Shown: positions 27,066 to 39,900 of the stretch, one piece after another
Position numbering within the stretch: the first letter of the stretch is position 1
Layout: the number at the start of each line of letters is the position of its first letter
Assembly: GCF_036588685.1 (NCBI RefSeq)
Contig: NC_086374.1
Location: 74,214,001 to 74,278,000 of the forward strand
Origin: Mytilus trossulus
Taxonomy: Eukaryota
Length of the DNA: 64,000 nt
Reading direction: 5' to 3'
Program-made: the position numbers and the translations under genes
Notes under the pieces: model-generated
Told to the model about the DNA's origin: nothing
Databases searched by the model: none
Seen by the model: the letters and a program-made list of their open reading frames with translations, nothing else

Positions 27066-30000
27066 GCTTCCCTAGAATAATTTATTAACCAGTATATATC
27101 CAAGGGATTTAGTGTAAAGAAGTATACTGGGCATCCTTTTTCATGCTTTGCGATATGGTGTTGTCTGTTTTTCCTTTGACTTGTCGACTGTTTCTTTCGA
27201 CTTGGTATCGGCTTCTCTCCCTTTAAACATAATATTGTTCTTATAAAATACTAAAGCAACATGTTATAGCATAATCAGTTCATTATTACCATGCTTTCTA
27301 AAAAGGAGGAATACGTACATAATATAATGATAATGGATTATGTCTGTCAATCCATCCATCCGTTCACTTGTCCATTCGCTCATTTGTTTATTCCGTTTCG
27401 TCCATACGTCTGCTCGCTCGTTTGTTCGTCATTAAACGCCTAAAGAATTGTATTATAGATTGATTTCTCCCTTTCATTTCTTTTCTGAGTTAGATGGATT
27501 TTTTTGGGATTTTTTTTTATTTTAATTTTTTTTTTTGGGGAGGGGGAGTATCATGGTATGTTCGTTCAGACTTCAACCAAGGATTTGTATAGTTAACTAT
27601 ACAAATCCTTGCTTCAACGAAATATTCCAAGAATCAGCACCATATCATGTTAGTTTTGAAATTTCCTTTAGCAATGCAATGACTGTTCTATTGCCTTATG
27701 ATGCATGGAGTGAGGGTCTTTAGTGCCGAAGATTTGCTCGCTGTTTACCATTCAATTTCATTTCGTTTCTTATATTTTTGCAATAGCATCCTGTCATACA
27801 GATATACATAAGAATAAATTATATTGAATTGAAACAGATAGCACCAAAATAATGTTTAGCCATTAATCCTAGCTATTCAAGATTTTACATTTTTTGATAT
27901 TTCCACCAATTCCTGTCTATAGATATTCTGCATTCGTTGGTAAAATGTTGTATGAGTAATTAGCTTTGACGTTTAAAAGCAACGACAAATCAAATATAAA
28001 TAAATACATGCACACTAATACCTTCTCATCTTCTTTTCTGGAAGCATAGTGCTACGGAGTATCCAACGGGATCAAAAAGTATTCTCTGATTTACGAATTA
28101 ACACAGAAACTGAATTATCCATACATGTTCATTGATCTGGTTGATGGGTCTTTTGTCAGTCCACCATATCATCCTCACATATACCATTCATCAAAATAAT
28201 CTTACATCTATTATTTTAGTCAGCATAAACGATCTGTTTAAGAGACAAGTGAATTTAGTTAAAAATTTAAAGACCACCCACGACCCGATTATTTAGAAAC
28301 TAAATTTGGATGTAAATTGTTTATACATACATATCTTTTATTACAATTTTTACAGTTTTTACACTTTAATTGTCGGTATAATTTGTACAACATGTAGATA
28401 TTGCTTCCTTTTTTGAGCTTCAAATATATTTGTATTGAATCATATATATCATTGCAATTCCCTTAGTTACATTGATTAACAAAATTTAAGGGGAAATCCT
28501 GACATTCTTCTCATCACATCCAGTCATACAAAGCACCTGCAATGCTTCAATTTATATCTCAATTTTCCTGCTGCTCTGTCGTAATTTCCGATCACCATGT
28601 TATTTTTCTCGAGAAAACCAATAATTTGATAAACAATTTATAATTTTTTTATTAATAACCATATTTGAAATATTTTTTTTCAAATAATTAGACATGTCAT
28701 ATCCTGACTATCGTGCTAAGTAAAAGATGGGAACACATTGGCTGATAAACATAAAGAATCTATTGAAATACTATGTTAGGTTGACACCATAAATAATGTT
28801 TTTATATCAAAGTTTTTACGGCTCTTTTACGGAACGTATATAAGTACTTTGATAGCTGACTATGCGTTATGGGCTTTGCTCGTTGTTGAAGTCCATACGA
28901 TGACCTATTTTTATAGTTGTTTATTTCTGTGACTTTTGGTCTCTTGTGGGGAGTTTTTTTTTTTATCAATGGCAATTATACCGCATCTTTTTTTTTTTAT
29001 ATATACAATGTATTTATAATGGTACCTATATATAACATGATGGATGGAAACGAAAAACTCGAAAGTAACGAGGTACACGGTGACAAAAACAAAAAACGAA
29101 TAACAATGTCCAGTTTATGAAACCAAGCTCAAAGTACGGTGGAAGGATTCCAGGCTCATAATTTACCAAGATGAAATAACGTGTCGATCTGATTGACATC
29201 CAGATCCTGCCACAGGAAAAAAGAAATATATGAAGTTCTGGTTCATATAATATTTGCCACTGAACATTTTATACGCAATTCTTCTATTCATGCTTTGTCG
29301 CGACGTATTGTTAATTTGTCTTGACTTTTTGACAATCAGACATGGAAGTTGAAGATAGTTTTAGTAAAGTGATGGAAACTCCTTATACCTACACGAATCA
29401 ATTAGGTAATAGAAAAAGCATTACAATTTTGATTTTGATTAAAATGTTTCAGTTTTCTATTTTTGCAATAGATATAATGAGCCAAAATCTACCAAAATAC
29501 ATGTTTTAGGCCATCTTTCGTCGTTCAAATTTGTTTCTAAGTTAGGAAATACTTTGAACTTATGTAAAGATTGGAAGACTTTTGGAAAAAAAATTGTGAT
29601 GCGAAATTAATTCAAAGGAAATTGACAACACCTCTTTCATATCAATGAAAAGAAATTCATAGCAGTAACATATCACTTTAAAGCATGAGAAAATCATGAG
29701 AAAAATCTTCTCTTCACATGTTTTATTTGTCAGTTTATGCATAACACTTTAAAAAAAACAGTCTCGTAGTTGTAAATCTTAAGTCGATTATTTTTGAAAA
29801 TTAGCTTGAAAGCTAAGTATTTCTAGAGTTACAGATTTTCATAAATTTAACCTACCTTAACTGTATCTACTAGTATTTGCTTCTCTTTAAAACTGCAATA
29901 GTAAATACCCTTTGCACAGTTTTTCTCAAATGCAGAAAGAACTAGTTATTTTTAGGTTAATATGTTTGCCTTAGTCCTTCAGATAGAGACTGTAATTGGA

Positions 30001-30154
30001 ATGTTTAAAATCTATCCTGCGGTATTGTGATGTGAAGGATTATATTAAGTATATACCTATGTAATTAAGTTGCTCTCAGCAAGACGTGTAATATAGTGTT
30101 CAATATATCTTACTTAAAGTGATCATCCAAAATGTGTTGCCAATATCTTAGAGA

Positions 30155-30449
30155 TTTTTATGCCCCACCTACGATAGTAGTGGGGCATTATGTTTTTCTG
30201 GTCTGTGCGTCCGGTCGTCCGTTTGTCCGTTCGTCCGTTTGTCCCGCTTCAGGTTAAAGTTTATGGTCAAGGTAGTTTTTGATGAAGTTGAAGTCCAATC
30301 GAATTCAAACTTGGTACACATGTTCCCTTTGATATGATCTTTCTAATTTTAATGTCAAATTAGAGTTTTTATCCCAATGTCACGGTCCACTGAACATGGA
30401 AATGATAGTGTGAGTGGGGCATTCGTGTACTGGGGACACATTCTTGTTT
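30155..30449 (+). mobile_element. Short HINE/DINE-like (pearl-type) element
   Basis: TTTTTATGCCCCAC...GTGGGGCAT hairpin, (GTCC)n-like microsatellite, 3' GTGGGGCAT subterminal IR and GTGT...ACAC hairpin. Confidence 0.7.
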
Positions 30450-31449
30450 AGTCGTAATTTCGGATAAGGTATACTATCAGAATATTTGATGATTTCATTG
30501 CATTTTTCGCATCAGATGTGTTCTGTTTTCGAGATTCAATATCAGCCCAAAAGCAGAAGGCTGATATGAAAAATGAGATGTTATGATCTTTTTATCATAT
30601 GCTTCAAAAATGGGGAAAATGACAGTTGATATATTGATGCTTTTTACTGGGTTTCAAGTAAAAGTTAACAAAGTGAAAAGTTTACGGACGCCGGACCCCA
30701 AATATTATTGCATCCTATATAAAATATTTCTATGATATGCCCAAGCAGGGGAGAAAAACAAAAATGTTTGTGTTTTCATAGAAAAGAGGAAATTAACAGA
30801 CAAATATAATACCCACATAGACGTATTAGATGACTTGATTTTGTAGTAGATGCTGCAATTTTTCAGTAACACATAATTAAAATAAGCCGGTGTGCTACTA
30901 ATGCCTACCAGTATATTAATGTACTTCACTAAAGTAACAATAATTGGTGGAATTATAAGTTAAATAATAACTATAAAACACCTATTGTTGTATTCATATT
31001 TTAAATATTAAAATATTTATGTATCGATAAACGATATATGATCATAGGCTTTGATAACATTGTGAAAATTCAAAACAGATATTGATATCGGAATATTGAA
31101 TCATATTTTAACAAAAAATAACGTTCAGCACAATCTGAACCAGTCGTGACAATTGTTTAGATTTTCTTTTAAGTTTTTAAAGTTTATTTGATTGGTTGAC
31201 CGCGACATTTTCTGCATGACCAGCATTTTGTTTAAATAAACTGTTAGTATAGTGGTCTTGATACTTTTCCTATCAAAAAGTCAAAGAATACTACCAGTCC
31301 AAACCAACTGAATACAGCAGTTATCGTCATATTAAATATTATATATAAAATATTTATTAATTACAAAATAGATAATCAAAAGAAAAGTCTGGTTTTTATT
31401 AAACAAATTAGACAAGCTTTTCGGACTTTCTTTTCTTCCGGATTTAGGC

Positions 31450-31910
31450 TCTCCAATCAAGAATGAGCCTGCGAAGGAGATGGAGAAACTCGATCATTTA
31501 TTTGAGATCATGGGCTAAATACCAATTAGGACAGATAACAAGTGCAAAATTTGTTCGCTCATTGGGCTTCAAATATCAAACTAAAACTGACCTGTAATTG
31601 TGATGACAGTTCTTGATTTCATTTCTTAAGAATGTTTACTTTTAGCTGTACATTAACTTTTAAACATATATATCAACAATGTGCTATGACACGAATGTGC
31701 TATGAAATGATTTTAAAACTTTTAACCATAAAGAATGACTTTAACTCTGCCAGGTCAAACCTGCCGGTCCCAAGCCCGGATATAAGGAGGGAAGTCATAA
31801 ATATCAAAAATTGCAAAAGCGCAAATGTCCTATTAAAAAAGCGCAAATGACCATTTCCTATGTTTTGAAGCGCAAGTGTCCACCAAAACAAGCGCAAACG
31901 CCCCGTGCCA
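31450..31910 (+). mobile_element. Right end of a MULE: frameshifted transposase C-terminus plus GCGCAAAT-repeat terminus
   Basis: KEMEKLDHL / RSWAKYQLGQITSAKFVRSLGFKYQTKTDL* resembles C-termini of invertebrate MULE transposases; followed by AAGCGCAAATG repeats similar in style to the 53613-54408 TIRs. Confidence 0.5.
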
Positions 31911-32856
31911 AAAAAAAAGGACCTTTGGTTTTCTCGTTAGATTTGTCCTACATTTTAATAAGGGGCCTTTTATAGCTGACTATCTTATATGGACTTTGCT
32001 CATTATTGAAGGCCGTTCGTTGACCTATAGTTGTAAATTTTGTGTCATTTGGACTGTTATGCCAGTGTGGAGTGTTGTCTCATTGGCAATCATACCAGAT
32101 TTTCTTTCTTTATATTCAACAGACCAAAATCCCGTTTAGGCTCGTGTATTATGAAGAAATCTCAGCCGCATGTCAAGTGAAAGACGACCACCTGTCATGG
32201 TAAGTTTTTGCAAGGTTTGGTGTGAAAACTGAAAACTCAGTGAGCCGGTAAACTGTGAAAAAATTAAGAAAAACACAGCATTTGAAAGTACACAAAATAA
32301 AGTTTAGCAATACAAATTAAATTCCTGTTTTAATAATTATATCAATTCGATCTTTAAAAACAATGCAGCAGTTTTATGGTGACTTAATTATTTTTTCGTT
32401 TCAAATTGTATTTTGCGTGACAATCACAATGTTTTAAAATGTTGTGTTAATGTTATGGTATGTTATTTATATCAAACTGAATTAATAATGTTTCAATTCT
32501 GTTATGCTGATAGTACACACCACTTTAAGGTATCTTAAAGACAAATTAAGGATCGTCAATTTGTGTTGGAACAGGCAAAATATCCACATTTAAAGTTGTT
32601 ACTGCAAAATCCAAATCTGAAATATTAAGATTATAATACAGTTGTCTCTCTTTGTCCAAATCTAGATGGATGTCACCAATACTTACTAAATAGTACTTAT
32701 CATTTTTATTTTATGATACAGTAATATTTTATACAATAAAAACAATTATTATTTAATCAACTTCTCTTGTCTTCTTAGTTTTTTGATAAAGTTTGTTACT
32801 GAATAAATGCAAATTGATTCAGCTTTGATTGGTAAAATCATATTGAATGTAATTAC

Positions 32857-35800
32857 TATGGAAAGCCAACGGGGTCAAAATTCTTACTTCGTAACTTGTC
32901 AATGTGTAACTTGTAACTGTGTGATTTGTCAAATTGTATATTGATGTTTTGTAACTTGTCGATTCGTAAATTGTCAATTTGTATATTGATGTTTTGTTAC
33001 TTGTCGATTCGTTAAATGTCGATTTGCAAATTGTCAATTTGCATATTGATGTTTGCCGCTTTGTAAATTGCATATTGATGTTTTGTAACTTGTCGATTCG
33101 TAAATTGTCAATTTGTATATTGATGTTTTTTAACTTGCCGATTTGTAACTTGTCAATGTGTATATTGATGATTTGTAAATTGTCGATTCGTGAAATGTCA
33201 ATGTGTGAAATGTCAATGTGTGAAATGTCAACTTTGTATTATGCTAACGATCATTATGACGACAGATGGCGCTCGGTCAAGTTATTCTTCGGTGTATAAG
33301 CCTCCTGTAAGTAGGAGCACCTCCATATGAAATATAAACCTGAGTAATTTTAATTTATTAATTACAGCAAATGCCTCTAAAAGAAAACAATACAAAAAAT
33401 GCATGTTTACAGGATCCCAGTTTTATTTTGTTAACTGAGTCAGACGTGGACTTTCGTTCGAGAACGGATTAAACTTTATAATTTGAAATGCATCCGGACT
33501 AGTTTAGTCCCTTGACGTTATCGATCTATCCAAATTGCGAGTTTAATGAAATAGTCGTTGGTCAGTGGAATACAACGACTGGATTTTTCAGGTAAATAAA
33601 ATAAGGAGATGTGGTAATAAACCGTATGATTGCCAATGAGACAAATATTCACCAATGCGAAGTTCAAATAAAGACGATTTAAGCAAATATAGGCAATCTT
33701 CGGCCTTCAACATTGAGAATACCATATAGTCGGCTGTAAAAGGCTATATCATTACTGGGAAACAGGTACTAGTAATAAACGATTTCTATTAATCATAAAA
33801 TGCTATTATCGGACCATTTTATTCTGACTGGAGGGGAAAGGGCTGACATAATATACATAGATATAGGAAGCTGTGGCGTGAGTGCAGTTCTGGTCAAAAA
33901 GCTTAAAAGTTACCGCTATATTTCCATTCTATAAAAATTTACAACCAAAAAGACCAAAATATTCACTAGTCCCTCGATCTCAACAGCTGCTTAATGCCCA
34001 GTCCTCCCGATGTGAACCCCAACCGGTGCCACACCTCCATATAGCCCGGCAACCTTACCAAATCTTATATTTTGTCGATCGGATGGTTAACTAACCGAAA
34101 TGATTCACGATGTTAATCAATAAAGCTATTTGTTTTGAAATTTGCATGTCATATTAAATAAAAAATAAATCATTTGCAATGAATTTGTAACAACATAGTC
34201 ATAATATCTAATTCACAAACCATGTTGTATTCCGCTTGCCTCTTCTGTCGAGCAGTCATTTAGGATCCCTTGTTACCATTTTACTCTAAAAATTACTCAA
34301 TATATACCCCAGGGCCAAACCCCAAATAATGTGCAAATATTTTCATGGATAAATAAAATTAGTGTAAGCATATTTGAGATAATTGCCTCTTTCATGCAAA
34401 TGGCGAGATGGCGAGATCTGTTCTCTGACAAGTCAAAGGAATAGGGCGCCACTTTGATTAAAAGTGGGTGTATAAAAAGGGGGGGCGGTTGAGATCTAAA
34501 AAAAATGTTTAACCCCTCAGCCGTATTTTAGCATCTGTCCCAAGTCAGGAGCCACATGCCTTTGTAAGTCTTGTATGAATTTTAATTGCAGTTTCTTGTG
34601 TATAATTCGGAGTTTAGTATGACGTCCGTTATCACTGAACTACTAGTATTCAAATTTGTTTAGTGGCCAGTTGAAGGACTCCTCCGGGTGCGGGAGTTTC
34701 TCGCTGCATTGAAGACCCATATTGGTGGCCTTCGATTGTTGTCTGCTCTATGGTCGGGTTGTTGTCTCTTTGACACATTCTTAATTTTATGATAATTGTT
34801 AAATCGGGCCCTTGCTAGCAATAAGTGTTCTTTTTGAAACCCCCCTTTTAATACATCCACATTTAAACATAGTGACGCCCTATCCCTTTGACTTGTCAGA
34901 GAAAAGATCTCACCATCTCGCTATTTGCATGACAGAGGAAATTATCCCCAATATAGTTACACTAATTTTATTTCCCCATGAAAATATTTGAACATGATTT
35001 TCGGTTTGTCCCAGATGTATGTACTAGGTATTGAGTAGATGGTTCATGTAGCCAGGGATCCTGACTTACTGCTCTACAGAGGAGACAGGCGGAATACAAC
35101 ATAGTTTGTGAATTTGATATTATGATTATATTGTTACAAATTCATTGCAAATGATTTTTTCAAATTTCATATGACATGCAAATTTCAAAACAAATAGCTT
35201 TATTGATAAACAACTTGAATCATTTCGGTTAGTTCAATTCGATTGACAAAATATTAGATTTGGTAAGGTTGCCGGGATATAAGGAGGTGTGTCACCGGTT
35301 GGGGTTCATATGGGGAGGACAGGGCGTTAATCAGCTATTGAGATCGAGAGCTCGTGAATATTTTGGTCTTTTTGGTTGTAAATTTTTATAGAAAGGAAAT
35401 CTGGTGGCGGCAATTTTTAAGCTTCTTGACCAGAACTATTCAGTAAGCATGTATATTAATATATATATGTCAGCCCTTTCCCCTCCTGTCAGAATAAAAT
35501 GGTCCGATAATAGCATTTTAGGATTAATTGAAATCGTTTATTACCATAGTATCTGGTTTTTCCAGTATTGATGTAGCCTTTTATAGCCGACTGTATGGTA
35601 TTCTCATTGTTGAAGGCCGTAGATTGCCTATTCTTGCTTACATTGTCTTTATTTGAACTTTGCTTTGGTGGATAGTTGTCTCATTGGCAATCATACGGTT
35701 TATTACTACATCTCCTTCTTGTATTTACCTGAATAATCCAGTCTTAATATACCACTGACCAACGACTAGTTCATTAAACTCGAAATTAGGATAGATCGAT

Positions 35801-36552
35801 AACGTTGAGGGAGGCTAAACTAGTCGGGATGCATTTTTATATAGTTTAATCTGTTCTCGAACGAAAGTCCACGTCAGTAAACAAAATAGAACTGGGATCC
35901 TGTACACATGCAGTTTTTGTTTTGTTTTCTTTTAGACGCATTTGCTGTAATTAATTGATTAAACTTTCTTAGGTTTATATTTCAAATGGAGGTGCTCCTA
36001 CTTACTGGAGGCTTATACACCGAAGAAGAAACCGAGCGCCATCTGTCGTCATAATGATCGTTAGCATAATACACAGATGACATTTCACACATTGACACTT
36101 CACACATTGACATTTAACTAATCGACAAGTTACAAATCATCAATATACACATTGACAATCTACAAATCGGAAAGTTACAAAACATCAATATACAAATTGA
36201 CAATTTACGAATCGACAACTGTTACAAAACATCAATATACAAATTGGCAATTTACGAATTGACAAGTTACTAAACATCCATATAGAATTTACAAATAGGC
36301 AAACATCAACATACAAATTGACAATTTGCAAATCGACATTTAACGAATTGACAAGTTACAAAACATCAATATACAAATTGACAATTTACGAATCGACAAA
36401 TCGGCAAACATCAATATACAAATTGACAATTTGCAAATCGACATTTAACGAATTGACAAGTTACAAAACATCAAAATTGGCAAATCACACAGTTACAAGT
36501 TACAAATTGACAAGTTACAAAGTAAGAATTTTGACCCCGATGGCTTTCCATA
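32857..36552. mobile_element. Fold-back non-autonomous DNA element (IS3EU-like termini) with ~1.65-kb inverted arms
   Basis: Arms 32857-~34486 and ~34840-36552 are reverse complements with scattered mismatches. Termini TATGGAAAGCC...GGCTTTCCATA, flanked by direct repeat AATTAC (32851-32856; 36553-36558). Outer parts of the arms are tandem repeats. Confidence 0.85.
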
Positions 36553-36732
36553 AATTACATCTAGGGTAAAATTAAATACAAGTATAGAACTATGAATGTA
36601 TTTATCAATCAATCAAAAAGGTAGGAGATTTAGAAAAAAATATTCGGCAGGATATAAGATCACAGACTCCGTACACAATTTTGCTAGTCTTATGATCTCT
36701 ATGGCTGTCTTATGCCGTAAAGGAAGATTACT

Positions 36733-36875
36733 CCGGTTGTTATAAAAACCGGCGTACTGAATATGGACAAAGCAAAACCACCATAATGGCGACGACTATA
36801 GACAGAAAAATAATTATTTATTTTTGTCTTTCTCTTTGCATTTAAACTGTGGGAAAGAGATATCTTAATGTCATA
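36733..36875 (+). promoter_or_regulatory. Putative DROSHA core promoter and 5' leader
   Basis: Local CpG enrichment, TATAAAA at 36741 inside a CCGGTT...AACCGG inverted repeat, YY1-like AATGGCG at 36785, upstream of the probable start codon. Confidence 0.4.
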
Positions 36876-36917
36876 ATGTCATTCAGGAATAATCAAATGT
36901 TCCAAAGACCGAACCAG
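36876..36917 (+). CDS. DROSHA: DROSHA probable coding exon 1 (MSFRNNQMFQRPNQ)
   Basis: ATG followed by CAG|GTTAAT donor in phase 0, matching the phase-0 acceptor at 40904. Q/N/F composition matches the next exon and it lies just after a promoter-like segment. Confidence 0.6.
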
Positions 36918-39900
36918 GTTAATGTTTGCCTGTATTAATTGTTTTTATATGCTTTGTCGCTGAATGAGCATGAACTATTTACACAGGCACTTGTTTCTAT
37001 CCATAGAAAGGTCGACTATCCATATAAATAGACTATAACAAGTGCCTGTGACTATTTACCACTGAACTTCACCGTCTGAACGTTAAGAAACTCCAACTGT
37101 CAATATTGACTGCTCCTGAAATGCAAATACCATACCCAGTCTTCACACTGAGTGGCAGCCCAGGCTAGTAAAATTGCTCTCGGGCCTGTAAAAATCATAT
37201 CTACAGGCCAACAGAATCTAACTAAAACTTTTCAAAAATTGAGCTTTTGGCCTGTAGATTTAAAAGTTCACCGTGAAGACTGATGCCATATACTAATAAC
37301 AGTGTTGAAGATTGTATATGAATTGTAGATATACTCAGTTATCAATATTTACAATCTATACTTCAAATCGGGTTGGGAATTAAAAAAACTCTGGCAAAAT
37401 GAAAATGAGTGCATGGAGAGTATCAGGTTAATTTGCACCCATTACATTTTCTCACCCTACACGTTCACACCTTGCACATTTGCACCCAAAGTCCGTTCGC
37501 ACCCTACACGTTCCCACCCAATTTTAAACCAAATTTTATAAATAGTTGAATAATTAGAAAAACATGATTGTTGTTTAATTGCTTTGATCAGTGGTGATGT
37601 AAATACTGCATGTATTAAGCTTGGTATGATTTAAAAATTGAAAATTTTAAATAAAAGACACAAAAGATAATTATTTTTACTGTGACAGCTAAATGCTTGA
37701 AAAAAAACGTCAGAATCTCGCTAATTATTTTGAATTCTGATCTGACGTGCTTCTTTCATTTTGTGAACAACACAGTGATAAAATTCTCAAATTCATGTAT
37801 CTATACTAAGCGCAGACTCATATATACACATAATAATGGCTGTTACAAAATACTTCCACGTAAATCTACATGTATTGGAACCTATTTGCAGACCCTTTGC
37901 CAATTTTATTGTTTTAAAAAGTGCAATTAAAAAAAGACAAAATAACTGTTTTTCTTTTTCGGATGCATAATAAAAAGAAGTAATGCACAAGAGCTTGGAG
38001 ATATCAACAAAATGAAAATAAAATAAAATTCTGCAAATGTCTATTATTTTTTTTGGCGCATTTAAGTCATTTTTAAAACATGACGTCATGCAAATGAAAA
38101 CGCTCATGTTGAAAGTTTTCTGTTACGTGAACCATTGAAATTAGTATGATATTGTATTAAAAATGATTTTTGAGGTAGGTTTTGTTTTACTTTCTAATCT
38201 TTTGCATTATTTGCATATTTACTAATTTCAGCAAGTCAACAGCATCTTAACTACGAAATGTCAACTTTGAATTTCACGGAAGCTCACAAGAAAATCTTGT
38301 AAATTAAAAATTGCAAATGTTGGGTTTGAGAATTAGAAGAATTAAACAGTTTTTTTTCTAGCGGTTATTCACGAAAAAACTCATGCAAGCTACGGATTTA
38401 TAAAGATATGTGAGCTTTATCTAACAGGGAGTAAAAAAGATCAGTCACACACACACCCACCAAACCAACCCTCGCTTCAGTATTTTAATGACCGTATTTG
38501 TCCTATTAGAATTGAAATTATTCATGGAAGCCATAGCTTGTTGGAAATTTACACATGGCCTGGCCTCGTTAATGCTCAGGATAAAATTTGAATATCACGG
38601 CTCAGGCCATGTGCAAATTTCCAACAATCTATGGCTTCCATGAAATATTTCTTAAGCAAAGATATAAAGTTATAGCTATAAATACACTAACCAAAACATG
38701 ATTAAGAGTTATTAAACCCAACAACAAAAAAACGTTGACAGAATCTCACTTTATTTAATAGAAACTGATTTTTTTTTTTTTAACAATACACAATCCACAA
38801 CATGATTGAGATTTGTTCAACACACAAAAATCGTGGTCTCAATTTATTTTGAGACATTAAGATTTATTCAACATAAAAAACAACGTTGTCTCAATTTATT
38901 TTGAGGCAATGACAACAAATTATACTTAAAGGTTGCATTTCTGTAAATATTGACAGTGTAATTTCCCATAGGAACTCCTTTTACGGCTAAAACTGTATCA
39001 CTTTTACTATGAAGTTTCGAAAAAAATCTCACCCTAGAATTGAAAGTTCATATATGCACCACATTTTTTTTCAAAGGTCAAAATATAGGGCTGTGTGGCA
39101 TATTTTCAAAGTTTATTTTACCTGAACTTCTCAAAGTTTAAACTAACACTAATTTTCTTAACTACCCCTACCTGGAATTAAAGGTTACTACAGATTTCAA
39201 TGTAAACAATATGCACATGTATATTTACTGGTAACATTCACAAGTTATGTCTCTGTGAGATGGAACACAGAGGATAACTGGGAACTAGTATGAAAACAAA
39301 ATTATTTTTATGAATATTCAAGATCTCCCCAAAAGAGGTGTGTTTTGAGAAACAGCTGTATTTACAAAGTGCAACCTTAAGGAATACACTTGCCAAAACT
39401 TGATTACAAAGTCATTTACATGATTAAACATAAAACCAATAAAAAAAATTAGGCGGGAACGTGTAGAGTGCAAACGGACTTTGGGTGCAAACGTGTAGGG
39501 TGTGAACAAGACTGGGTGTGAATGTGACTGGGCGCGAACAGACCCAGATTCCTAAATGACGGACAGCTGTCCCTCATAAAATTTATATCTTATCATTATT
39601 TGTTCACTATAAACACACAAAAGTTCCTGTAAAATTTAACGTCACTATAGAAATTATCTGATGTCACAAAGGAAAAGGGATCCTTGTATGATGCCATTTG
39701 TTCAAAGTGCGCTGCTTCTTGGGTCAAGCAGCCTTAATATGCAAATAAAAGATGCTCTAATGCATGTACATGTTATCTTTAAATTTTTTTTATTATCAAA
39801 ACAGCAGTATTACCTACATACTCGTGGCAAATATGAACAACAAGTCTCAGTTTGTGTTCAACACAAACATAATCTTAGTTTGCAGACAGCCATCATGCTC

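Noticed and set aside
32819-36569. ORFs 32819-33073, 32979-33299, 33882-34094, 34660-34860, 36318-36569 as genes
   Set aside because: They derive from tandem repeats or SINE-like sequence inside the fold-back element and are not preserved in the opposite arm.
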